Source of the DNA: Patescibacteria group bacterium | Lineage (GTDB): Bacteria > Patescibacteriota > Microgenomatia > Levybacterales > GWA1-39-11 | DNA length: 64,000 nt | Assembly (NCBI GenBank): GCA_035549295.1 | Contig: DASZRG010000051.1 | Span: 17,841 to 81,840 of the forward strand | Direction of reading: 5' to 3' | Shown here: one piece after another, positions 30,060-38,647 of the stretch | How positions within the stretch are numbered: position 1 is the first letter of the stretch | Layout: each line of letters begins with the position of its first letter | Notes under the pieces: model-generated | Told to the model about the DNA's origin: nothing | Seen by the model: only the letters and a program-made list of their open reading frames with translations | Database searches by the model: none | Translations under genes and position numbers: made by a program

Positions 30060-30497
30060 ATGAGAATAACAAACCGCCATGCGAATACTTATAAGGTTGA
30101 GGAAAAAATTGAAGCTGGTATTGCTCTTTTGGGGTCTGAAGTAAAAGCCCTAAGACTAGGACATGCTGATATATCTTCTTCTTATGTGCGAATAACTGGA
30201 TCTGAGGCATATCTAATAAACACAAAAATTTTTCCATATAAATTTTCTAGAGCAGAGGGGTATCAAGAGACAAGAAGTCGAAAGCTGCTTTTGCACAGAA
30301 AGGAAATTCTGGCACTCAAATCAAAAATGGATCAAGGAAAATATACCATGATCCCCCTGTCTATCTACCTAAAGGATGATAATTTTAAAGTTGAGATTGC
30401 CCTAGCCCTCTCAAAAAACAAAAAAGAAAGACATCAAGACGAACGAAAAAAAGCCATCGACCGCGACCAAGAGCGTGAGATAAAGAATATTGTTTAA
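30060..30497 (+). CDS. smpB: SsrA-binding protein
   Basis: EAGIALLGSEVKALR, RSRKLLLHRKEI, PLSIY; TATAAT 6 nt before ATG. Confidence 0.95.
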   Translation: MRITNRHANTYKVEEKIEAGIALLGSEVKALRLGHADISSSYVRITGSEAYLINTKIFPYKFSRAEGYQETRSRKLLLHRKEILALKSKMDQGKYTMIPLSIYLKDDNFKVEIALALSKNKKERHQDERKKAIDRDQEREIKNIV

Positions 30498-30501
30498 CAT
30501 T

Positions 30502-31356
30502 ATGCCAGAATCCGTTGACTCAACACCAAATATAAACATCCCGGATACTACCCTGACTCAACCAGAAACAAAAGAGCACGATGGTTTAAAAGTTAACTTT
30601 TCGATAAATAACAGACAACTCATCTCCAACACTCTCCGACAAACAACCAATATAGCAGCACCCTATATTGAAGATGTTGTAGCCCTGCAAAACTTTGCAT
30701 GGTCATTATCTAAATCTGCGTATAATTTTGTTTCAGGTCGGGCTCCTGGTGAGTTTTTTGCTCTTGGGGGAACACTCGATGAGGCGACAAACTTCATGCA
30801 ACAAGTTGAAGAAAGTGATGAATTCCAGAAAATAAGACAGCAAACTGAAGATTATATGGCAAAGATTAAATCTCAATGGGAACAAAACTATCCGCAAGCG
30901 AGCGACTTTGTTAAGAAATTAACAGGCTTGGATTTAAATAAACAAGTTAATATATACGTAACTCATCCGGGACTAAATAATGGGAAATATTTAGGAAGCG
31001 ATAACATAACATTTGGACACAATGAGGATTGGAATAACTATTCAACTGTATATTTATGGCACGAGGTACTACATTCTTATCTCGACAACACAGCCCTAAA
31101 CCATGCACTTATTCAATTCGTAACCGATAACGAACTCAGAAAAAAACTCAATAACGAATCAGACTCTTCACCGCTTATTGGACACGAAGAACTACTTCTG
31201 TTGATGGAGAAAATGACACCACGCTGGCAATCATACATGGCTGGCATTCCCGAGGGTGGTCATGGAGATATAAAAGCACTAGGTGAAGAATTTGCGAAAA
31301 TTGATAATATCCAGCAGGAATTAGACACTATTTCTACTTCTCAACCTCAGCATTAG
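30502..31356 (+). CDS. Hypothetical protein with zincin-like HEXXH motif
   Basis: YLWHEVLHS; lies between smpB and ssrA. Confidence 0.55.
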   Translation: MPESVDSTPNINIPDTTLTQPETKEHDGLKVNFSINNRQLISNTLRQTTNIAAPYIEDVVALQNFAWSLSKSAYNFVSGRAPGEFFALGGTLDEATNFMQQVEESDEFQKIRQQTEDYMAKIKSQWEQNYPQASDFVKKLTGLDLNKQVNIYVTHPGLNNGKYLGSDNITFGHNEDWNNYSTVYLWHEVLHSYLDNTALNHALIQFVTDNELRKKLNNESDSSPLIGHEELLLLMEKMTPRWQSYMAGIPEGGHGDIKALGEEFAKIDNIQQELDTISTSQPQH

Positions 31357-31397
31357 CCTTGAAAATCATCCTATAATCTGCTATAATAGCTTCAATT

Positions 31398-31755
31398 GGG
31401 GATGCATTGCATCGACAGAATTGCTCATTAAAAACCGCAAGCCGATAATGATACTAATCGTTAAAGCGTATCAAAAATAAATGCTGAAGGACAATCCATT
31501 CAGCGCAACTACAATTTTGCATTCGCTTAATTGAGTAGCTGTCCGTACTAAAATTTTTCCAGACGATTTGGTGCGGGCAAAAACAAAGTTTGGATATAGC
31601 AAAACTTTTGGTTTGGAGTTTTGTTGAAAAATAAAACCTTACTCGTATTTAATCTTGTTGGTTAGAGTTCGTGCGAGAAAATTAAAGAATCAACTAAGCT
31701 TGTAGATGTTTTTATTAAGATAATTTTGGACGAGGTTTCAAAACCTCCATCTCCA
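31398..31755 (+). ncRNA. ssrA: tmRNA; tag reading frame AEGQSIQRNYNFAFA* (31483-31530)
   Basis: GGGGATG/CATCTCC-A acceptor with G3:U, TCGAC after the 5' end, ATAAAT-GCT resume context, tag ending AFA, GGAC plus T-arm; TGcTATAAT promoter; smpB nearby. Confidence 0.92.
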
Positions 31756-31802
31756 CACTTCGCTCTTTACCGGTTGGGTAAAGAGCTACGTAGTGGCAAG
31801 CC
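31756..31802 (+). repeat. Palindromic element of the tRNA-abutting family at the tmRNA 3' end
   Basis: CAC TTCG CTCTTTACC-GGTTG-GGTAAAGAG CTA CGTAGTG GCAAGCC. Confidence 0.7.
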
Positions 31803-31839
31803 ACTTTTACCCTTTTTGCTTTTCAGTTAATATAAATTT

Positions 31840-32079
31840 GTGTACTATTCATATATTCTTAAACTGAAAGACAATACTTATTATCATGGCTTCTCGGAAA
31901 ATTTGAAAACCAGAATTAGAGCACATGAACGAGGAAATGTACGATCAACAAAGAACCTTAGACCTGTTGTACTTGTTTTCTACGCAGTGTTTGCATCAAA
32001 ACAGAAAGCTCTGGATTTTGAAACCTATTTAAAAACGCCATCCGGATATGCTTTTCGAAACAAACGACTAATCGAATAG
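31840..32079 (+). CDS. Small GIY-YIG nuclease family protein
   Basis: YYSYIL...YYHGFSENLKTRIRAH..G..STK..RP..LVFY...A..FE.YLK. Confidence 0.88.
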   Translation: MYYSYILKLKDNTYYHGFSENLKTRIRAHERGNVRSTKNLRPVVLVFYAVFASKQKALDFETYLKTPSGYAFRNKRLIE

Positions 32080-32109
32080 CGTTCGTAGCCTTGGGGATGT
32101 TGGGGAAAA

Positions 32110-33375
32110 CTATAAATTCACTTGGCCTTCATTGAAGGAGGCGGCTTCGATGTATTCTTTGTGTTGTGCCTCGACCTTATTTCTCGCCAGATAGAGGATC
32201 AATCCCGCAATAAATACGACAACCATACCTATCCTTATGGCATTCTGAGGCCCAAAATGCTCTGAAACAGCTCCAATTTCAAAATTTCCTATTGGGAAAA
32301 ACCCAACAAACATAACTACATAAATACTCAGAACTCGACCCCGGATCTTGTCCTCCACCATATGCTGCAATGTTGTGTTGATAGTTGGAAAAGTTAGAAG
32401 AAGCCCAAATCCAGACAAAAATAGAAGAATGTAGGCAGGAATAATTTTATCGACAAATGTAAATGCAAAAAGCGAAATCGTGAAGAGAGTATTACCAAAA
32501 ATTATAAATTTCAAATGATCGATCTTCTTACCATAATATGAAAGTATTACCATCGCACAAACTGCTCCGACTCCTACAGCCGCGAATATATACCCAAGCC
32601 CTGTCGCATCTGCATGAAAAGTGGTCTGAGCAATAAGTGGTAGAAGCGTGGTATACGACCACCCAAAGATAGCAACGACTGATGTGAAAAGAAGAAGTGA
32701 CCGAATTTTGGGATTTGAGAATGAATAATCAAGGCCTTCCTTGATTGATTTAATCGGATTATCAAATGCTTTTGGCGCAGGCTCCTCAACTTTTATGCTT
32801 AACAAAGCAATTATAGCCGCAATATACGAAAGTCCATTCACAATAAATGCCCCGCCAGTCCCCAGAATTCCTATCAGAATTCCAGCTATGCTAGGTCCCA
32901 CAACTCGCGCACCATTGAATGTACCAGCGTTCACGGCAATCGCAGATGACAAATCTTTTTTCTCGACCATCTCGTTTGTAAAAGCCTGACGACCAGGAAG
33001 GTCAAGCGCATTTACAACCCCGAGCAAAAAAGCAAGTATCCCAATTTCTGTTAAGTTAATAATTTTTAAAACTGTCATCGCCCCGTAAATGAGCGCGAGA
33101 ATCATGGATGCTGATTGCGTAAAAAGTAAAATTTTTCTTTTTGAAAAATGGTCAACTATTACTCCGCCGAATAAACTGAAAAACAGCGTTGGCAGAGTTG
33201 CAAGTGCGGCAATAAAACCGATGATGAATGGGGACTTGGTAAAAGTAAGCACAAGCCAACCCTCAGCAACAACCTGAAGCCAAGTGCCAATAAGCGATAT
33301 GCTTTGGCCCAAAAAATATAACCTAAAATTCCGGCTTCTAAACGCCGGAAACACACGAATAACAGTATCTTTCAT
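32110..33375 (-). CDS. MFS transporter (MFS_3/EntS-like)
   Basis: RNFRLYFLGQSISLIGTWLQ, GGVIVDHFSKRK, ARVVGPSIAG, RGRVLSIY. Confidence 0.9.
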   Translation of the reverse strand: MKDTVIRVFPAFRSRNFRLYFLGQSISLIGTWLQVVAEGWLVLTFTKSPFIIGFIAALATLPTLFFSLFGGVIVDHFSKRKILLFTQSASMILALIYGAMTVLKIINLTEIGILAFLLGVVNALDLPGRQAFTNEMVEKKDLSSAIAVNAGTFNGARVVGPSIAGILIGILGTGGAFIVNGLSYIAAIIALLSIKVEEPAPKAFDNPIKSIKEGLDYSFSNPKIRSLLLFTSVVAIFGWSYTTLLPLIAQTTFHADATGLGYIFAAVGVGAVCAMVILSYYGKKIDHLKFIIFGNTLFTISLFAFTFVDKIIPAYILLFLSGFGLLLTFPTINTTLQHMVEDKIRGRVLSIYVVMFVGFFPIGNFEIGAVSEHFGPQNAIRIGMVVVFIAGLILYLARNKVEAQHKEYIEAASFNEGQVNL

Positions 33376-33455
33376 CTCTTTTTTTGAAAAAACGCTCGAA
33401 GAGGAGAAGGCTATCCCTCAAACAAATTCTGTAATAATTTTAGCAGGAACCATAT

Positions 33456-33480
33456 AAGAGTATCAAGGGTATCATGGGTA
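33456..33480 (+). repeat. 9-mer family AAGRGTATC, copy 4
   Basis: aagagtatc aagggtatc atgggta. Confidence 0.7.
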
Positions 33481-33482
33481 AC

Positions 33483-33570
33483 TTCTAATTATTAATTACT
33501 AATTTCTAAAAAAAGAATTTTAAAATTTGTTAACTTTTAAAAACTTGATTAGTAATCAGTTATTAGGAAT
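33483..33570. repeat. Inverted pair of degenerate heptamer arrays (WCTAATT / AGTAATT-like)
   Basis: tctaatt attaatt actaatt tctaa ... ttgatt agtaatc agttatt aggaatt. Confidence 0.5.
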
Positions 33571-33592
33571 TATAAATACTGAATACCCTATA

Positions 33593-34312
33593 CTAACCTC
33601 CTGGAGCTTCGTGGGCAAATGCGACACCGAGAACATGCCGTACGCCTGCTCTTTTTAGGACTTTTGCTGCCTCACGAAAGGTTGCAAAAGACGTTGCAAT
33701 ATCATCAACCAACACGACCGAGGAGGGTAGATGAACATTTTTATTTGAATCTAAATATTTTTTTGAAATTGCGAACGCGTCTTTTAGATTTTTTAATCGT
33801 TCTTCTCTCGATAGCTTGAACTGAGGTCTCGTGTCTTTCACGCGGACCAGAAGCTGACTATTATTATTTAACGCAAAATATTGTGCGACATAAGATCCTA
33901 ACAATTCTGCGTGGTTATATCCCCGTTTTTTAAATCTACCGCGCGACAGAGGGATAGCTACAACCGTAGGTCTTCGCTTGATAAACTTATAAAAAATTTC
34001 GTTTTGGGACAAACCATCGACAAAAATTTCACCAATTACAGCATCGAGCCTTCTCAAATTCGGCTCATATTTGAACTTATAAATAAGCTTTTTGACGAGC
34101 TTATTGTAGGAAACAGCCGATACAACGCCATCAATTGACCGTGAAGTAAGACACCCAGGATGAGTCGTACCGTCAATGCTATGTTTATTACATACCGCAC
34201 AAAAGGAATAGCTGTTATATGAAATCTTCGAAAAGCAGTTAGGGCATATAAAGTCACCAAAGCGCCCGCAATTTATGCATTTTTTAGGAAATATTAAATC
34301 TAGGAAATTCAT
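33593..34312 (-). CDS. comF: ComF-family protein (double zinc ribbon plus PRTase)
   Basis: LDLIFPKKCINC..ICPNC..CAVC, KFKY, RGYNHAELL, VVLVDDIATS. Confidence 0.88.
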   Translation of the reverse strand: MNFLDLIFPKKCINCGRFGDFICPNCFSKISYNSYSFCAVCNKHSIDGTTHPGCLTSRSIDGVVSAVSYNKLVKKLIYKFKYEPNLRRLDAVIGEIFVDGLSQNEIFYKFIKRRPTVVAIPLSRGRFKKRGYNHAELLGSYVAQYFALNNNSQLLVRVKDTRPQFKLSREERLKNLKDAFAISKKYLDSNKNVHLPSSVVLVDDIATSFATFREAAKVLKRAGVRHVLGVAFAHEAPGG

Positions 34313-34316
34313 AAAT

Positions 34317-34375
34317 GTCATTCTGAATTTAATTCAGAATCTCAAATAAGAGATTCCGGGTCAAGCCGGAATAAC
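34317..34375. repeat. REP-like palindrome (GTCATTCTGAA..TTCAGAATCT / AGATTCCGG.TCAAGCCGGAAT)
   Basis: Two adjacent hairpins; a related half lies at 34598-34623. Confidence 0.65.
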
Positions 34376-34386
34376 TCAAGCAGGCT

Positions 34387-34553
34387 TGTGAAAAGTGGGT
34401 TTTCCACATGATTATTATAGGTTTCGTATTTTTTGTTATCCCCGAGTTATCCACATTTTGCATGTTTTACTACGGGATGATATAGTACGATACAGTATAG
34501 TTTGATATAGTTATTGAGGCTAGCACCCCTCTGCTCTGTGCCTGTGTGGATAT
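34387..34553. promoter_or_regulatory. DnaA-box cluster remote from oriC
   Basis: TTATCCACA 34447 (perfect), TTTTCCACA 34400, TGTGGATAT 34545, TTATCCCCG 34436, TGTGAAAAG 34387. Confidence 0.65.
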
Positions 34554-34597
34554 TTTTTAGGGAGAGAATTCGAATAATAAATTTAGAAACTAATTAC

Positions 34598-34623
34598 GAG
34601 ATCCCGAATCAAGTTCGGGTGAC
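34598..34623. repeat. REP-like palindrome GAGATCCCGAATCAAGTTCGGGTGAC
   Basis: Hairpin CCCGAA-TCAAG-TTCGGG; same TCAAG loop as the left copy. Confidence 0.65.
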
Positions 34624-34636
34624 ATTCTAAAGAATG

Positions 34637-35059
34637 TCAGTTTGTTAGTTTTTCAGGCTTGTCAGGGGTTTTTAGCCTTATTACGCGTAATTTGGTTGTG
34701 CCAATTTTTTCTCGACCCAAAAAGATAGAAAAGTCATACTCCCCTTCTTCGCCAAACTTTACACCAACCAGTTCTATCACTAAATTACTCTTACCATTTA
34801 TTCCTGTGTTAATTTTCATTTCCATCTGCGGCAAAACTTGTTGTTCATCTTGAGTTGAGGCTGCGATAATTCTCAAGTCGTATGAGGTTGCCGATTTTCC
34901 AGAAACTGCAGCTACCAAGAATCCGCGATTAAGAACCGCCTCATTGTTTAAGGTACGTAGCTCCTCAAAGATACCCATTGCCGAGAGCTTTCCTTCTTGT
35001 GAGATTGATGCATAGTCACACAAAAGCATGAAGTCAATTTTTAGATCAGATTTTTTCAT
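34637..35059 (-). CDS. DUF6941-like beta-sandwich protein
   Basis: LLCDYAS...GKLSAMGIFE...FGEEGEYDF. Confidence 0.65.
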   Translation of the reverse strand: MKKSDLKIDFMLLCDYASISQEGKLSAMGIFEELRTLNNEAVLNRGFLVAAVSGKSATSYDLRIIAASTQDEQQVLPQMEMKINTGINGKSNLVIELVGVKFGEEGEYDFSIFLGREKIGTTKLRVIRLKTPDKPEKLTN

Positions 35060-35060
35060 G

Positions 35061-35510
35061 TTACTTAATAAGTTTTCTTAATTCTTTTTCAAAATCCTCA
35101 AGATCAACAAACCTTTTAAAAACGCTCGAGAATCTAATATATGCAATTTTATCAACTTTCTTAAGACGAGCCGCAACAAGTTGTCCAATTTTTTTTGCGT
35201 CTATCTCGACTGACTCTCCTCCTATAAGCTCGCGCTCAATCTCATCGACTATCGTATTTATCTGCGCGGCTGTAACGGTTGTCTTCTCGCAAGCTCGCGT
35301 AATACCCGATCTCAATTTTTCTCGGGAAAATTGCTCACGCTTCCCATCTTTTTTTGTAACTATCAAGGTGACATTTTCTATTCTTTCATACGTAGTGTAT
35401 CTTTTGCCACAGCCAACGCAAGTTCTTCTTCGCCTTATGTTTGTGCCGTCTTCAGATACTCTTGTTTCAACGACTTCGGAATTCGAGCTTTTACAATATG
35501 GACATTGCAT
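35061..35510 (-). CDS. nrdR: Transcriptional repressor NrdR
   Basis: CPYC...IRRRRTCVGCGKRYTTYE, ATP cone KKDGKREQF, AYIRFSSVF. Confidence 0.97.
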   Translation of the reverse strand: MQCPYCKSSNSEVVETRVSEDGTNIRRRRTCVGCGKRYTTYERIENVTLIVTKKDGKREQFSREKLRSGITRACEKTTVTAAQINTIVDEIERELIGGESVEIDAKKIGQLVAARLKKVDKIAYIRFSSVFKRFVDLEDFEKELRKLIK

Positions 35511-35531
35511 AAAAATTATTTGGGTGACTTA

Positions 35532-35583
35532 TACCCATATTTAGTGTTTTTTAGATGATAAAGCACTATATTACTTGCGTCAA
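35532..35583 (-). promoter_or_regulatory. nrdR promoter (TTGACG-17-TATCAT) with tandem NrdR-box-like sites
   Basis: ACACTAAATATGGGTA (minus, 35532-35547) and GCACTATATTACTTGC (35563-35578), 31 bp apart. Confidence 0.55.
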
Positions 35584-35618
35584 TCGTCAATTTGTTATCA
35601 AGCTATAATAGCTGCCTC

Positions 35619-36236
35619 TTATTTTTGGAGTAACTTTGCAACGGTTTTATTAAAACCGCTCAAGCGCTGCTCCTCTATCTTGAGCGCGCTTTCATACTTT
35701 GAGCTAACCTTTTTTCTGACTGCTCCAAGTATCTCCAGATGCTTGCCGACTGCATCCTGCATGGAGTGCAAGATTGGATTAATATTTTTACCTGAGTCGT
35801 GGGCCATTTTGGCCGACGTTACGGCTTCTTCAAAGTAGTTGTTGCTTTTTGAAAGCGTTGAGATAGCTAGATCACTCTCGCCTCGAGTTGACAGAATTTG
35901 CGCCGCACTTATGCGCTTGTCAGACGTCAAGAGATTGAATTCTGTCTTTTTGCCATAATCACTTATAAGAAAAGAGACAAGCCTGTCGCGGGCTGCTTTC
36001 AAAAAATACAACGGATTATCAGGAAGTATTCCGGGATAAGGAAGATTGTAGTCGCTTTTCTGCACAGCTGGACTTGATGCCTGTTGAGGCATATCAATCG
36101 TCGTCACAGAAGGCTCGATAGAAACAGTGGGCGCGGGGTCACCCTGCTCATCTGCATCGGCGGCAAAAACCACAACAGATGGACTTTTAAGGAGCAGGAA
36201 AAGTAAAAGAATAAGCACGAAAAAAAGCTTTTTCAT
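35619..36236 (-). CDS. DUF5667-domain secreted protein
   Basis: Signal peptide; LPYPGILPDNPLYFLK. Confidence 0.8.
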   Translation of the reverse strand: MKKLFFVLILLLFLLLKSPSVVVFAADADEQGDPAPTVSIEPSVTTIDMPQQASSPAVQKSDYNLPYPGILPDNPLYFLKAARDRLVSFLISDYGKKTEFNLLTSDKRISAAQILSTRGESDLAISTLSKSNNYFEEAVTSAKMAHDSGKNINPILHSMQDAVGKHLEILGAVRKKVSSKYESALKIEEQRLSGFNKTVAKLLQK

Positions 36237-36297
36237 TTTAATTCATGCTAATGATAACCTGCCCACTCACTCATGTCAACTTAGCGGCATACGCAGC

Positions 36298-36408
36298 GGA
36301 CTACACTACACGAATTAACCCGAATGTAGACGAATTAACACAAATGATCTTGCGGCGGCTTACAGCAACTGCCGAGGGGCGCATTTATCGGAGCATTTCT
36401 GCGCAACG
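36298..36408. repeat. GGACTACAC-(CGAAT 10-mer array)-AATGATC element, copy 1
   Basis: cgaattaacc cgaatgtaga cgaattaaca caaatgatc; related copy at 48552. Confidence 0.6.
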
Positions 36409-36460
36409 ACGTTGACTTTCAGATACGTTTTGGCCATACTAAAAAAGGTCTCATCTGCCT

Positions 36461-38647
36461 ATGGATTTTGGAAAAATCGCCCTGAGAATACAGGGGCTTA
36501 TAAAGCCTGTTGTTTTTTTATTGCTTCTTCTCGTTTTTGCAGCGCACGCAGCACCCTCTTTTGCACAAACTCAAAGTTCAAATCAATCAATTAAATCCTT
36601 TACAAACACTGATCCCGATGTTCCTCAAAACCTCCACACCTACACGCAAAGCGTTTTTATTGAAATCGCGGCGGCGATATCATGCCAAATAACGGGAATT
36701 GACCCAACCAATCCTAGCGCTAAATGCCTAGGAATCGATCCCAACACTCATAAAATAGGTTACGTTGAAAACGGCGGTGGCCTCATAACACTCACGGGCA
36801 GTATGATCGCCCAAACTTTTGACATACCAGTCTCAACCTCTGACTACGTGAGATACATGGCAGGAAATTTTGGGATTGCCAAAAATACGTACGCCGACAA
36901 TTCAACGTCCAGCTCCCCTACTGAGTTTAATACTGACTCTGGGTCTGACAACGGCGTCGGATTTACAGGTCTTAAAAAAATGCTGCCGCTTTGGGTAGTC
37001 TTCAGAAATCTGATCTATATGATATTTGTTTTCATATTTGTTGTCATTGGAATCGGCATCATGTTCCGCGTCAAGATTGATCCAAGGACTGTTATGACTA
37101 TTCAAAACCAAATTCCAAAGATCATCATTGCCCTTATCCTGGTTACTTTTTCCTATGCCATCGCAGGCTTCTTGATAGACCTCATGTACGTATTCATGTA
37201 CATCGTCTACAACACTTTTGCGGCTGCTCACCTTATAGATGTTGCCGGACTAAGTCCTGCCAAAATGCAAGGGCAGACTCCGCTTCAGGCAATAAATTTT
37301 TTTGGAGGTATTGGGATCGCATGGAAAGCATCGACAGGAATAGGCTCTATTCTCGCAAGCCTCTTCGATGGAACCACTGGAAAACTGATAGTTGGAATTG
37401 TATCTGGAATAATTCTTGCAATAGTTGGAGGAGGTGCAACTCTTAACCCAATCGCCCTGGTTGGCGGACTGGCGCTAGGATTTGCAGGAGGACTGCTTGC
37501 TGGCAATCAAATAGTTGGCGTTATAGGAGAAATTATAGCCTTCGTTGTTATATCGGCAGCCATCCTAACCGCTCTCTTCAGACTCTGGTTCCAACTTATA
37601 AAAACGTATATCTCCATCTTGATAAATGTTGTCCTTGCGCCATTTTGGATAGCTGGAGGACTAATTCCGACTTCGCCTCTCAGCTTTACAGGCTGGCTTA
37701 GGGACATGCTAGCCAACCTCATGTCTTATCCCGTCGTCCTTTTTATGCTTCTCATAGGACGCGTCTTTGTTGAGACTTTTGGGAATGGAAATTCTGCTAA
37801 CAACTTCACTCCACCATTTATTGGAAATCCGGGCAACACGAAGAGCTTTGGGGCACTCATCGGCCTTGGAATAATTCTTCTTACGCCAAATGTCGTGAAC
37901 CTCATAAGACAAGCGGTTAAAGCACCGTCTGGCAAGATTGCCGCGGGTATTGGCCAATCTATTTCAATTGGTGCCGGAGTTGTTAGTTCACCTATCTCAA
38001 GCTTTGGTAAAAAGATGTGGGGAGTTGATCAATATACAAGAGAGGCGAAACCCCTTTATCACTGGGCCCTTAAAGGCCTGCATGGCATAACCACCAAAGA
38101 AGGAGCCCTTGGTAAACTCGGAAAACCACTGGGACCCGTTTATAACGTCTTAAAACACGGCGTTAGCTCAGAATCCCTTGCGGATTTTGACAAAGACGAA
38201 GCTAAAAGACTTAAAGCGAAGGAAGATGCAAGAAAGGGCGGAGGATCAGAAGGCGCTAGCGGCTCTACAACACCTCAAACTTCACCCAATGGACCAACAA
38301 CCGGCCCAACACCAAACACTGGAGGCGAAATAGACACAGACGGCGATGAGGATAGCAGCTCAGACTCACCAAGTGACCCCAATAACCCAGATGAGCCATC
38401 AAGCGGTGAAAACAGAAACATTCCTCATGGGGGAAATGACGAAGAAAGCAAAAAAGCCCACGAGTCCACAGAAGGCAAGAGCAACGAAGAACTTGCAAAA
38501 CTACACGAAGAGTTATTTAAAGAGTTTTTGAAGCTCGAACAAAAAGGAGATCAGCGAACAGTTGTAGAGAATCAACGCCACGCAGAGCTCATGACAAAAA
38601 CAAGGCAAATCAAAGATCTATTAGATAAAGGCGGACACAAAAGTTAA
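36461..38647 (+). CDS. VirB6/TrbL-like polytopic membrane protein with disordered C-terminal tail
   Basis: Signal, WVVFRNL..IFV, PKIIIALILVTFSYAIAGFLIDL, NVVLAPFWI, GWLRDMLANL; Gly-rich TMs. Confidence 0.65.
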   Translation: MDFGKIALRIQGLIKPVVFLLLLLVFAAHAAPSFAQTQSSNQSIKSFTNTDPDVPQNLHTYTQSVFIEIAAAISCQITGIDPTNPSAKCLGIDPNTHKIGYVENGGGLITLTGSMIAQTFDIPVSTSDYVRYMAGNFGIAKNTYADNSTSSSPTEFNTDSGSDNGVGFTGLKKMLPLWVVFRNLIYMIFVFIFVVIGIGIMFRVKIDPRTVMTIQNQIPKIIIALILVTFSYAIAGFLIDLMYVFMYIVYNTFAAAHLIDVAGLSPAKMQGQTPLQAINFFGGIGIAWKASTGIGSILASLFDGTTGKLIVGIVSGIILAIVGGGATLNPIALVGGLALGFAGGLLAGNQIVGVIGEIIAFVVISAAILTALFRLWFQLIKTYISILINVVLAPFWIAGGLIPTSPLSFTGWLRDMLANLMSYPVVLFMLLIGRVFVETFGNGNSANNFTPPFIGNPGNTKSFGALIGLGIILLTPNVVNLIRQAVKAPSGKIAAGIGQSISIGAGVVSSPISSFGKKMWGVDQYTREAKPLYHWALKGLHGITTKEGALGKLGKPLGPVYNVLKHGVSSESLADFDKDEAKRLKAKEDARKGGGSEGASGSTTPQTSPNGPTTGPTPNTGGEIDTDGDEDSSSDSPSDPNNPDEPSSGENRNIPHGGNDEESKKAHESTEGKSNEELAKLHEELFKEFLKLEQKGDQRTVVENQRHAELMTKTRQIKDLLDKGGHKS

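Noticed and set aside
34387-34553. This DnaA-box cluster as the primary oriC
   Set aside because: The trio array, dnaA-dnaN context and apparent strand-bias switch all point to 60440-60575
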